In this document: piece after piece, positions 1 through 11,378 of the stretch
How positions within the stretch are numbered: position 1 is the stretch's first letter
Layout: the number at the start of each line of letters is the position of its first letter
Virus record (IMG/VR): IMGVR_UViG_3300031994_003577
Coordinates: 1-64,000 of that record
Direction: 5' to 3' (one strand)
Source: an uncultured virus (IMG/VR IMGVR_UViG_3300031994_003577)
Lineage: Duplodnaviria; Heunggongvirae; Uroviricota; Caudoviricetes
Length of the DNA: 64,000 nucleotides
The notes under the pieces: generated by a model
What the model was told of the DNA's origin: nothing
Database searches by the model: none
The model's input: the letters and a program-made list of their open reading frames with translations, nothing else
Made by a program: the position numbers and the translations under genes

Positions 1-690
1 TGCATAACCAAACGGGCTGATATGTTCACCGGCTGCGACCAATCCAGCAATATGCGCCATATCTACCATAAAATATACTTCATGAGGAATATAATCTACT
101 CTAGAAACTTCATCAATATAGAATTTAATTCGTTTAAAATCTATCTCTCTAGGATATGCACTCGCGCCAGCTAAGACTAAATTTGGATGATAACGAGAAA
201 TTTTACTTGCCAAATCCTCATAATCAATATAACCGTTTTCATCTACTCCGTAAAAAACTACGTTATATAATTTGCCGCTAAAATTTGCAGGCGCGCCGTG
301 TGATAAATGACCGCCATGATTCAAATCAAGAGAAAGAATTGTATCACCAGGCTTTAAAACAGCTGCATATGCTGCTTCATTTGCTTGACTTCCGCTATGT
401 GGTTGTACATTTACGGCATAATTAGTAGTAAAAACTTTTTGCCAAGTTTCTTTACAATATTCTTCTATCTTATCAATATATTGGCATCCACCATAAAATC
501 TTTTACCACTGTAGCCTTCAGCGTACTTATTTGTTAAACAAGAAGCCATTGCCGCACGAACAGCATCAGAAGCATAATTTTCGCTAGCAATAAGTTCAAC
601 ATTATTATCTTGCCGATGTTGTTCCTATTTTAACAACTCATTTAAATATCCGTGTTCTTTTTCAAGTATGGTATTAATATATTCATTCAT
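1..690 (-). CDS. glyA: Serine hydroxymethyltransferase (runs off the window edge)
   Basis: Hand translation [21 protein letters not shown](TAG)[17 protein letters not shown]...[16 protein letters not shown]...[12 protein letters not shown]...GGHLSHG...[12 protein letters not shown]. One in-frame TAG at 625-627; missing from the ORF track. Confidence 0.95.
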
Positions 691-1202
691 ATTTTATTAA
701 ACTCCAAAGCATACTAATTATCACTAGCTAATTTTACTCCCAATACTCTATCAAAATGGGTACCTTGATTCGGTAAATATCTACCAAATTTGATAATTAT
801 ATTATGATAATTAGTAATTAAAAATTTAAAGTTATGCGCGCCGACTTCAGTGTCTGACTTTACATAATCTCCATAAAAAAGTTCACTTTCTGTATATCCA
901 GTATAAATAACAATATCGTCTTTAATATTATATTTATTTCTAATACAATCTACTAAACTAATTAATTCAGAAAACTAATCAAATGGCTCTAATCCACCAA
1001 AAACGAAAGCTTCTGTTATAGGATTTTTGATGTATTTTTCACAAATTTCTTCTTTAGAAATTTCAATATCTTTAGATAGTGCAAGCGCGCTATTCTGACA
1101 ATCGGCGCGCCCGCACTTCCAAGTACAACTATTAAAAGCAATAAACATAGAAGGCTTTTTGTAATTTACAAAATCGCATTCATCTAAGCCTTTAATTTTC
1201 AT
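687..1202 (-). CDS. nrdG: Anaerobic ribonucleotide reductase activase (radical SAM)
   Basis: CTWKC..C cluster, GGLEP, YTGY and C-terminal ASDN(TAG) matching the NrdG SxNQ motif. Joined through TAG at 975-977 and 714-716; ends TGA. Confidence 0.9.
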
Positions 1203-3111
1203 TTACATTCTCCCATTCTCTCATAGACCATTCAGCTTTTCTTTCTTTTGAATAAGTTCTAACCGGAGTATAAAAACCAACGATTCGACTATATTCTGTA
1301 GCAACTGGTTCACCACAAATTGGGCAAACCTTACCAAAAAAGGCATGATTATGTTTGCAAGCTTGAATTTTAGTAGTAAAAGCAAAGTATGTTACACCAG
1401 CATCAGTAATATAATTCAACATTTTCCAAGCTTGGTCAAAATTATTAAAAGGCGCTTCAATATTAACATGAAGTATAGAACCACCATTACAATAATTATC
1501 AAACGCGCTCGCAATATTTACTCTTTCTTGCAAGGTTGTTTTAATACCGAGCGGAATAAATTGATTTCCATAGAGCGGTAGATCAGTAATAACTGAATCT
1601 GGATAAAGCATTTCATCTGCTTTTTGCATTTTTACAGCAGCCTATTCGGCCGGAACTGCTTCACAATTTATTTTATAGTCTTTATCAATGCCAAATAAGT
1701 CCTTGGTATTATGAATAACTTTGAAAATCTTTTCACCAAATTTATATGCTTCCTCGGTATAAAAAGTATTGCCAAAGTCATCTTGCTTTGTATATCCAAA
1801 GGCGCGCATTGTCTCATAGACGCCAAGCACTCCAATTGTATTATATTGCGTATTAATATCAATTAATCCATCACAGTAATTTGGTAATAGACCTTTTTGA
1901 ATATCTCTTTCAATAATATGTCTAACGCAATCCAAAGCTTTAAGATCTAATTCAGTAATTTCTTGTAGAGCTTTAAGATATTCTTTTTCTGTCTTATTTT
2001 CATAAGCAATACGCGCGAGGTTAATTGTTGAAACTTTGACACTACCAACGCGCAAAGCTGCGCCGCCGATTGAATTAAAATAACCCAAATCTTCAATATT
2101 ACTTTTTAAACGGCAGCAATTTGATAGTGAATTTACACTACTATCTGCAAAAATATTGCTGTCATTCCATTTCATATTATGCTTACATGCCCAGCGCGCG
2201 AATTCTTCATCTTTAAATTCTCCATCTACTTTTAAAAGAGAAATTGTATTAACTGGGAAAGTAAACATATTATGTTCACGAATCTCACTCATAACTTCCA
2301 TAAAAAGTTTTTGGAAGTCCATAATACCTTCAATTTCATCCACCATAAAGGTTCCATCAGGGAAAATAGAACCGCCAAAAAGAGCCATTAAATACTCATG
2401 GTCAAAAATGGACGTATTTGTAAATGCACTTTGCATACCATCGCGCACACATGGCTGATTTACGGCATAGATGAATCTTTGAATATGTTGCTTAGCATAG
2501 CTTTCTGGATCACGAGTATAATACCCATTTGCCACATCACGGCTCCAAAAATAATACATATAAGGAATTAAATTAGGAAGCCCGCAGGCGCCAGAAGTTC
2601 TGTTTGCATTATAACTAATAAATTCTTTTACAAAATCAATAAAAGTACCCAAATGCTTTGGTGGTTCCGCATTAAATCCTTCAAGAAAGAATAAACCGCG
2701 CTCAGCTAAATCATGAAGATCATAAGCATAACAATAAGGTTTAAAAGTAGAAGTATCAGCATCGTGCATATAAAGCGCGCGTGACCATTCTTTTTCAAGC
2801 CAGTCATTAGCTGTTTTAAACCCATAAGCTTTATTCATTTCGTAATAAATTTTACGGAGTGCAAGTAATTTACGATGAGGCTTTGGCATTTCATTAAGAA
2901 GTGTTACGATGTCTTTATGTCCAACATTCGCATTACTATCCACAGATGCATCTGCCACAGTTTCAGCCTCAATAAAGTTAGAAATAAAATCGGTGTAACT
3001 AAGTTGATCATCGCTTAAACCATTAAGTTTTGCAAATTCTTCGCCATATTTTTCTTGCAATTTATTAAACTATGTAGTAAAATTCTTATCAAGTTTTATA
3101 TTAATATTCAT
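1192..3111 (-). CDS. nrdD: Anaerobic (class III) ribonucleoside-triphosphate reductase
   Basis: NCCRL, FTFPV, AVPAE, C-terminal CPICG Zn site and SRIVGF glycyl-radical loop. Two track ORFs plus an N-terminal extension join in frame via TAG at 1642-1644 and 3070-3072. Confidence 0.95.
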
Positions 3112-3112
3112 G

Positions 3113-3310
3113 TTACTGCTCCTTAACCCAATTCAAAGCCGCACTAAAGTCTAACAATGTTCCATTTACACTAAGCATCGGCGCGCTCTTAAAGCCCAAA
3201 GCTTTCATTACTTCTACATCATCAATTTCAGTAAAATCAATATTTTTTGCTTGTAATTTCATTGTAAGAACTTTACATTTCGGGCAATGTGTGCTATATA
3301 ATTTAATCAT
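3113..3310 (-). CDS. NrdH-like glutaredoxin
   Basis: MIKLYSTHCPKC...GFKSAPML: CxxC plus cis-Pro motif, next to nrdD. Confidence 0.8.
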   Translation of the reverse strand: MIKLYSTHCPKCKVLTMKLQAKNIDFTEIDDVEVMKALGFKSAPMLSVNGTLLDFSAALNWVKEQ

Positions 3311-3500
3311 TTTTTTCCTCCTTATAACAATATTCACAATAGCCATCAACAAAACTATGTGTACATTGTTTTTGGAGATCTTCATTCTCCTTTAATAGAT
3401 CTTTAATTACATTATTAAGAATGAATTGGTTAGGACTGAAGGCATCTTGTATTATTTTATTATTCGCATCAATCCTTTGCTTGATTTCTAAATTAGTCAT
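3303..3500 (-). CDS. Hypothetical protein with C-terminal CxH...CxxC
   Basis: ORF with GGAG RBS, in operon with its neighbours. Confidence 0.6.
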   Translation of the reverse strand: MTNLEIKQRIDANNKIIQDAFSPNQFILNNVIKDLLKENEDLQKQCTHSFVDGYCEYCYKEEKND

Positions 3501-4560
3501 ATTTTTCTCCTATCTATTCATAAAACATTTTAAAGACTTCGTAATTTTTTTCTCTAACAAATTGAAAAAGTTCTCTAATTTCTTCAACTTCAAATTCATA
3601 TTTTGCATGACGTTTCAATAAAAATAAATCTTTTGTAAACTTATAAAGAGTTTTTTTTCTACCTTTAGTTTTTCTTGCTCTCATGTAAAAATTAAAGAAA
3701 TCAAGGATTCTTTCCCATCTTTTGTCTTTGAAAAAATCTTCTTCATACTTAAGTACAATTAATGCTTCGTTCATCTAAAAATTTAAGACCTAATTAAAAA
3801 TTATTGGTAGTCGTTCTTTGACGAAATGATCCTCATCGGAACATGAATAGGTAACGTAATATTCTATATTTTTCTACATTGATATTTTAGTTTTTATAAT
3901 TTCTCTAAAAGTGTTATCATCTAATAAACCAAAATATCTAATCCAAAAAAAGTTCTTTAAAGGATTTAAGGTAAGCCATTTATCTAACTCGGCAGAATTA
4001 TAAATTTCTATAGGAAACTTAGTACCAATAAAAACTTTATCTTTTCTATCAATATATTTTATTAAATCTTGAATTGCATCAAAACCCTAATTTATTTTTC
4101 CTATATCGTAATCATGTAAAATAATACTACAAGTTCTTTGTTTTTCTATTGGTTCTAAAAAATCTTCCCAAACAGTTTTTCCATCTAGAGTAAGTCTTGC
4201 ATGTGCACATGATAACATAGTAATATAGGCACTTTCGTCTTTAAAATTTTTTCTTTTAAATCTTTCATATATATAGCTGTCTGGTTTAGTTTTTTCTATT
4301 TTTAAATCCATTGGCTAATATAAATAATTAAATGCTTTTCCACCATAAACTACATTTGGTAAAAAAAATTCTTTTGGATAAATACCATCATCGTAATCTT
4401 TTCTAACAAAAAATTTAGTGTATCTTTCTGGTTCTAAAACTGTTGTTAATTTAACTAATTCGTTTTGCTGCTTATAATAAGCAGCCATTTTCATTATTTC
4501 TAAATTGAAAAATGGCTGCTTATATGTCATAAAGTCAGCATCCCATAAGCCTATGCTCAA
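3493..4560 (-). CDS. Hypothetical protein (~355 aa) assembled through several TAG codons
   Basis: Track ORFs 4315-4560, 4087-4311 and 3514-3774 share one frame. The gaps contain only TAG and no TAA/TGA; ends TAA at 3493. Confidence 0.75.
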
Positions 4561-7500
4561 TGCTCCGTCGCCTCCGCTCTTTCACCTTTCGTAGTAATTT
4601 CACCATTTTCTGCAACATTGGTAATTACTTCTACTAAATGATAAGGAGTTGATTTATATTTTTTAGCAAGAAAACTATCTTCTTGTTTAATCCCAGTTAC
4701 AATTATTTTATTACCACGACTAAATACTGATTTTTCAATAACATGCTTTTTTCCATCAAGCCCGCGCTCTGAAATTTGCTTATCGTAATAAGTAAAAGCA
4801 TCTCCATATATTTTAACGGTTACTACACCAGTTGTGGTTAAGAGAGTAACCATTTTTTTATTCTTATCCCTATCTAAAACAGTCCCAGCTATTCTACTTA
4901 ACCTAAAAATTGGAATTTCTTTTCCTTTTATAGGAATAATTCTTTCAATATCTGGTGAAGAAGGCAGCTCAAAGAAATCTTCAAAATCATATACTCGCGC
5001 GAGTTCATGTTCATGAAAGTAGCAAGAAACACTATCCATTTCCCATTTAGAGATATTACCACTACAATATTTATTCCAAGTTTCGTCCATTAAATATCCA
5101 TTAAGTTCTTTTAATAGTTTGTCTGCGTTTTCTTTTACCCATGGACGAATAATATTCATTTGATCTTTATAAATTTTATCCCATGTCATTTGCTTAATTG
5201 AAAATAAATATCCATCTTCTGAAGGTAACAGGTTATCCATATCAAACTGTTCAGAATAAAATCTAAAAGCATTTTCATCTAAGTTATAATATTTTCCATC
5301 TGTACTTTTAAATTTCTTTAAATATTTATTAAAATTAAATACTTTTTGTTGCAAAATATACTTATTTGGAATCATATTGTAGTTTATCATCATTTGCATA
5401 TTTTGCATTGTAATTCGCTGTTTCGCGCCACAAATTTCTGCAACGTATTCTTTTAAAATTCTTTCTCTGTCTCCAAATTGATCAAAAGCACCAGATTTAA
5501 TTAAATTAATAACTTGTGGTTTTTTTAATTTAACTTTATTGATACAATCATTTAACGACATATAAGGACGAGAAGCTATAATCTCTTTAATCTTATCATC
5601 TCCTAATCCAGTTATGCCACTTAAACCATACAAAATTGTATTATGTTCAATATTTGGAGAAAAGGTATAAGTTGAGCTATTGATGTTTGGCGGTGCAATT
5701 TCTATTCCTGCCATTTTCATTTTTCCAATAGCTGAAGCTATTTTACCATAATTAACTTTTTTTTGTTTTTTCTTTTTTGTTTCTTTTACAGTTTCTTCTT
5801 CATCTTCATCCTCGTCTTCTTCGTCATCTTCTTCTAAAGAAAAAATTTCAATATTATTTTCCCAAGTTGTCTCATTTAAAATGTCTTCATTTTCTTCATT
5901 TTCCTCTAATTCTTCTCCACCTGCATCATTAATAAGACAAGCACAATTCCAAAAAATAATCGGATATTTAAATGCAAGATTCATTTCTTGAAGAGCAATA
6001 AGACTATAAGCAAGAGTATGAGATTTATTAAAACCATATCCACGACTATATGCAACCAATACTTTCCAAACATAGTTACAAAGATTATAACTAAGTTTTT
6101 TGTCTTCAATATTTTTATAATATTCTTCAGTAAGCTGGTCAAATTCTTTAGGATTCTTTTTAGCAATACTTTTTCTTAAACGATCTGCCCAAGTTAGATT
6201 AAAACCACCACATTGTGATAATTGTACTAATTGCATAAAACCTTCTTGAGATTCGCAAATACCATAAGAAGTATCAAGTTCTTTATGAAGAATATTGCGT
6301 TCTTCTTCTGATAAACCCCATTTTTCCATTTCCGCATCCCAAAGTTTTGGATTTTGCTTAAAACGCGCTAATTTATTAGTTGGCATTTCACCGCCACGCT
6401 CTTGCGCCATTAGACGAATAACAGAATTCAATGTAGCTAAGTCGTCTACAGAAGTCGGCTTAAGAAGAGCGATTCCTTGAATACCCGATTGTTTTTCCAT
6501 TTGAAATAACGATTGAATTTCATGATTCCAAACCATTTTCCACATTTTAGGATCATTTCGTTCAATTTTATAAATGCCAATTATATCTTCATACGTTTCT
6601 TTTAATGTATTCTTTCTTTCTGCATAACCGTAATCACATAAAAGATTAATACAGTTATGAATTTTATCCATCGCTTCAACTGATAATGCATCATATTTAA
6701 TAAGACTAACTGCTTCTGCATCGTGTAATTCAAACTGTGTACAAATCGTACCATCCGGCGCGCGCATTAATGCGGTAGATTCCGTAAAAGGTTCATCTAC
6801 AAAAATAACACCGCCAGCATGAATACCACTACCACAAATTAATCCTTCAATACCATGAGCAACATTCCAAAGTTCTGGATAATTTTCAGTCATTTCATGT
6901 ACAAATTGCTTTATTGGATTCCAGTCATTTTCTGCGTCACCATACATACATTGGTCAAGTGAACGCAATAATCCACGATCTGCGGGAATTAATGAAGCTA
7001 TATATTGAGCTATATCTACGTCAATACCAAGGCCGCGGGCGGCAGTAAGAATCGCAGATTTAGATTTTTCAGTTCTAAAAGTTGCAACGTTTGCAACTCT
7101 ATCTTCTCCATATACTTCTCTAAACTTTGACAATACTTGCGCGCGCTTTGAACCCTCAATATCAAAGTCAACATCAAGAACAGATACACGCGCAGGATTC
7201 AAAAACCTCCATCGGAAACATTTAGTTGTTTCACGCAACGGATTAATTTGAGTTATACCCAATACATACAATAAGATAAAACCTACACCCGAACCACGAC
7301 CTGGACCTACAATACTATCTGCTTCCCAACATACATCAATAATATTTTGAAGATTAAGATAATATGCGCTCCATTGTGCTTTGTTAACCTCAGATGAAAC
7401 CCATGTATCTTCAAGACAAAGATTTATTTCTTTATATGCCTCTTCATTTTGTACATCTGGATGTGATTTAATACCGCTAATAATTGCTGCGACTAATTGT

Positions 7501-8519
7501 CTATCTGCTGGGTATTGTGATTTATTAAACTTTTCCAAAGCTGGAATGAGTTCAAACCATTTTGGATATTCATCTTTATACGAAAGAAAACCATGCCATT
7601 TTAAATTAGGAATACGCAACGGTTTTTCAAGTGAATACTCTTGACACATATTCATAATATTTTCAATATTACTATATGCTGTATCAAGTTGTTCACGCGT
7701 TAAATATTTAAAATAACTTTCGAGTTCTTCGGTTCCCATCATATAAGTAGTAGCATAAAACTCATCTACTTCTCTATCACCATTTTGAGCATTAAGATAA
7801 GCCTTATGAATAGTTCTATCTTCTTTTTTAAGATAATGAGAGTCGGTTGTAATAATATAAGGAATTTTTGTATTTTCTGAAATATTTAAAATTCTTTTAT
7901 TTACATATATTTGATCTTTATTTTTACTTGGCTGCATTTCTAAAAAGAAATTGCCAACACCAAAAAGATCGTTCATTTGACCAAGCCAAATAGCGATCTT
8001 TTCTTTTAATCTTTCATCTTCTGAATCTCTATACCTAAGTAATTGAGTCGGCAGCGCGCCGCCTAAACAAGCTGTACTTCCTATTACGTGCCCTGGATTT
8101 TTACCAATTATATCAATTAAATCTTGATAATATGTTGGTACTCTGCGCATGCCGCGCGCCATATAAGACCGCTTCCACGCACGAGTTGAAATTTCCATTA
8201 TTTGACGCGCGCCCTCACGATCTTTAGCCAAAAGAATAAAATGATAATATCTATCATATTCTCTATTATAGTTCTGCGCATTTAAACCGTTACGACAAAG
8301 ATAAATTTCATTACCAAGAATTACTTTTATATTAGGATGCTTTTTAGCAATTCTTTTGGCTTTTATCCACGAACCAGTAAATTCATGATCTGTTATTGCA
8401 ATTACTTTATGTCCAAGTTGTTCTGCATATGAAATTCCATCTTCTAATTTTATAATACAATCGCGGAGGCGAATATTACTATAATCAGTATGCGTATGTA
8501 AGCTTCCTGTATATTCCAT
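4557..8519 (-). CDS. dnaE: DNA polymerase III alpha subunit (family C)
   Basis: PHP domain (HTHTDYS, ITDH), GPGRGS, DVDFD catalytic motif, GIHAGG, YGFNKSH; 1320 aa. Confidence 0.97.
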   Translation of the reverse strand: MEYTGSLHTHTDYSNIRLRDCIIKLEDGISYAEQLGHKVIAITDHEFTGSWIKAKRIAKKHPNIKVILGNEIYLCRNGLNAQNYNREYDRYYHFILLAKDREGARQIMEISTRAWKRSYMARGMRRVPTYYQDLIDIIGKNPGHVIGSTACLGGALPTQLLRYRDSEDERLKEKIAIWLGQMNDLFGVGNFFLEMQPSKNKDQIYVNKRILNISENTKIPYIITTDSHYLKKEDRTIHKAYLNAQNGDREVDEFYATTYMMGTEELESYFKYLTREQLDTAYSNIENIMNMCQEYSLEKPLRIPNLKWHGFLSYKDEYPKWFELIPALEKFNKSQYPADRQLVAAIISGIKSHPDVQNEEAYKEINLCLEDTWVSSEVNKAQWSAYYLNLQNIIDVCWEADSIVGPGRGSGVGFILLYVLGITQINPLRETTKCFRWRFLNPARVSVLDVDFDIEGSKRAQVLSKFREVYGEDRVANVATFRTEKSKSAILTAARGLGIDVDIAQYIASLIPADRGLLRSLDQCMYGDAENDWNPIKQFVHEMTENYPELWNVAHGIEGLICGSGIHAGGVIFVDEPFTESTALMRAPDGTICTQFELHDAEAVSLIKYDALSVEAMDKIHNCINLLCDYGYAERKNTLKETYEDIIGIYKIERNDPKMWKMVWNHEIQSLFQMEKQSGIQGIALLKPTSVDDLATLNSVIRLMAQERGGEMPTNKLARFKQNPKLWDAEMEKWGLSEEERNILHKELDTSYGICESQEGFMQLVQLSQCGGFNLTWADRLRKSIAKKNPKEFDQLTEEYYKNIEDKKLSYNLCNYVWKVLVAYSRGYGFNKSHTLAYSLIALQEMNLAFKYPIIFWNCACLINDAGGEELEENEENEDILNETTWENNIEIFSLEEDDEEDEDEDEEETVKETKKKKQKKVNYGKIASAIGKMKMAGIEIAPPNINSSTYTFSPNIEHNTILYGLSGITGLGDDKIKEIIASRPYMSLNDCINKVKLKKPQVINLIKSGAFDQFGDRERILKEYVAEICGAKQRITMQNMQMMINYNMIPNKYILQQKVFNFNKYLKKFKSTDGKYYNLDENAFRFYSEQFDMDNLLPSEDGYLFSIKQMTWDKIYKDQMNIIRPWVKENADKLLKELNGYLMDETWNKYCSGNISKWEMDSVSCYFHEHELARVYDFEDFFELPSSPDIERIIPIKGKEIPIFRLSRIAGTVLDRDKNKKMVTLLTTTGVVTVKIYGDAFTYYDKQISERGLDGKKHVIEKSVFSRGNKIIVTGIKQEDSFLAKKYKSTPYHLVEVITNVAENGEITTKGERAEATEH

Positions 8520-8589
8520 ATCTACCTTCCTTTACTATTCTTATATATTTATTATATCATAAATTTAAAATTTTTTCAAATTATTTATT

Positions 8590-10329
8590 TTAGAAGGTTA
8601 AATTACTAACCTATTTGACCTCCATATCTTTAATAAATAATTGTGGAGTAACTTTACCCATCCATTCATTTAAATTTGGTGTTCCGATAATAGTTAATTC
8701 CATTTCTTCAAATTGTTTTAATTCTTTTATAAGGTCTTTTGCAAAAAATTTTATAAAGACAATTCCATTTTTTTCTATTTTTAAAGTATCTGAATTTCTT
8801 CCAATTATTTGAATATCATTAGAACGAATTATAATATTTTTTACAGCTATTGTACTTTCGGGATTTTGTTGACCCCAGACATTCTCATAATTAGTTAAAT
8901 CACAAATTAAATCATATAAATTATCTGTAATATATCTTTCAAAATCAACAACATATACATTTTCACCAAAATCAATATTATTCAACTCTTGATTTGCGAT
9001 TTTATGAAATTCAGCCAAATAAGAATTTTTAATTGAAATACCAAAAGCATTATCATGCCCCATTGTATATTCAAATAAATTAGTATCATTTAAGAAAGTT
9101 TTAAAAGAGGCTAATTCACTTTGATTAAGTCCTCGCGCGCTACCACGAATATATCCTTCATCATTGAGCCGCGCGACAATAGTTGGACGATTATATTTAG
9201 AAGCTAACTACATAGCCACAAGGCCATTTAATTCGGCGGGAAAATCATCATCATCATCTAAACGAATAAATAATACTTTATTATCTAAAAGATTATTATT
9301 ATGGATCTTAATTTCAAGACGATCTACAATAGCTTGCTTTTCTTTATCTTGATGTACTTTTGCATTTGTACATTCGCGCGCACTTTCAATAGCTACTTTC
9401 TCCATTGTCCCTTTTGCACCGCGTTTATTACTCGGTACTAATTCTTCTCCATTAATAAAGGCACGAAACATACGATCTTTTTCACTCATTGAACCAACTC
9501 TTACCATAGCATTAATAAGTGGAACAATATAGAAAGCAACTGTAGTTGGGTTTATTTTGCTACCCATTGAATAGTCTTGTTTTTCACATAAAACTTTAAA
9601 GAAATAATTATTTATATGGGTGAAACCTTCATGCCAAAAATATTGATTTTCTTCGGACAGCGCGCTCATCATATCAGCACAAATACCAAGCGCGGCAAGA
9701 TCAATATATTTACTTACAAAATTTTTCCCAAGCTTCCAGTCAAGCGCACGACAAAATTGATAAGTAACGCCCGCGCCGGAAAGATCTTTGTTTTTATATT
9801 TCGGAGAATTTTGATTATTTACAATTACACACCAATCACTAATTTTTGTTGTATCTTCTATAATATGATGATCGAGAACCAGCGTAGGAGTGGATAGCTC
9901 TCCTAATCTTTCAATAAATTCACAATCATTACTACCAGCATCGGGCACAAGGCAAAGCGTATAATGAACGTCTTTATCGATAATAGTATCGCATAAATCT
10001 GATAATCCATGCTGTTTGCCGCTATGTAGATAGTAGTCTATTTCAGCTTCTGGCTTTATATCTTTTATATACTAATATAGAATCGCGGCAGACGTGAATC
10101 CATCAACATCACAGTCTACTATTAATGCAAATTTAGGAGTATCACAATCTAACGCAGTTACTAATATTTCTACTGCATCTAATATACCATCTAAATCTCT
10201 CCAATCCTATAGTGAATGTTCTTTTGTAGGATGTAAAAAATGTTCTACATCTTCAATGCCTCGCGCGCGCAATAAGTTATATCCAAAATTCTTATCTATT
10301 TTTGTTGTATCTCTTACTTCATATCTCAC
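8590..10329 (-). CDS. recJ: RecJ-like DHH-family ssDNA exonuclease
   Basis: DCDVDG, LDHH, LSGAGV, RGSAR and GHDNAFG motifs. GTG start at 10329; fragments joined through in-frame TAGs. Confidence 0.88.
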
Positions 10330-11378
10330 CTTACAAAAACTCTCCGTTCTAATAATTTTTTAAAGATTATTTCGCCATTATCTGTTGGGCTTTCCTTTAA
10401 TTTTAATAAATTTTGAGTATCATAAATAAAAGAAAAATTACAATAATTCTTATATTTACTACATAGCTTATATAATTTATCAAAATAGCTAGTTTCATTC
10501 TTTTTTTCTTCTTGGTCAAAGCAAATAACTATTTCTCTTGGGTGGCAATTTTTCATAAGTAAAGCTAATTGATATTTATTAAATTGACTACCACAAACTG
10601 CTACACCGCAATTCGGAAAACTAAAGCTTTCCATTTGTAAAACAAATTTTTCTGCTTCTCCAACATAGCAAATGCCATATTTTTTAATATTATTTTTATT
10701 TTGATTCAATCCATATAGATTTAATCCAAGTGGATGAGTATACCATTTCTTTTCAATTTGTACTGGCATATATTTACCTATATTTTCTACTTCCCACTCA
10801 TTCAGCGCGCGCCCTCTGATTCCAACTAAATTATTATTAATATCATAATGTGGAATAATTATCTTATTTTGACTAATTGAAAAACAGATATTATATTTAT
10901 CCATAGTTTCTTTTGTAATTCCATCCATAAGCCATTCTACTGGATATTTCTTAGTAAAAGTATCTAGAATACCATTGGGATATTTTGGTAATATAACATC
11001 TTGTTTTTGCGGGCGGTATCTATCTTTTAATTTTTCATATTTAGGCTTTTCAAATCCATCTATAAATCTTATATTCGCGCAATCTATTACAACTTGATAA
11101 ATGTCATTATACCAATCATATTCAATGTTTCTTGTTTCATAATATTGTTTAAGAAACTTAAATATTGACATAGAACCGCACTCTGTATAACATATAAAAA
11201 GTTTAGTATCTTTATAAAAATATAATTTCATTGAGGCAGTAGCTGCATCTTCATTATGACAGATAGTTGGAAAAATTATAAAGTTATCTCGTTCTATATA
11301 TCTATCTGCTCCAAGTTTTTGCATTAATTTTATGACTGAATCAAAGCTTAAATTTTCAATAATTTGTTTATAATCCAT
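10326..11378 (-). CDS. DNA primase (Zn-binding plus TOPRIM)
   Basis: ICHN...CYTEC Zn site, IIIPHYD...GIRGR, LYGL; directly downstream of the helicase. Confidence 0.85.
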   Translation of the reverse strand: MDYKQIIENLSFDSVIKLMQKLGADRYIERDNFIIFPTICHNEDAATASMKLYFYKDTKLFICYTECGSMSIFKFLKQYYETRNIEYDWYNDIYQVVIDCANIRFIDGFEKPKYEKLKDRYRPQKQDVILPKYPNGILDTFTKKYPVEWLMDGITKETMDKYNICFSISQNKIIIPHYDINNNLVGIRGRALNEWEVENIGKYMPVQIEKKWYTHPLGLNLYGLNQNKNNIKKYGICYVGEAEKFVLQMESFSFPNCGVAVCGSQFNKYQLALLMKNCHPREIVICFDQEEKKNETSYFDKLYKLCSKYKNYCNFSFIYDTQNLLKLKESPTDNGEIIFKKLLERRVFVR

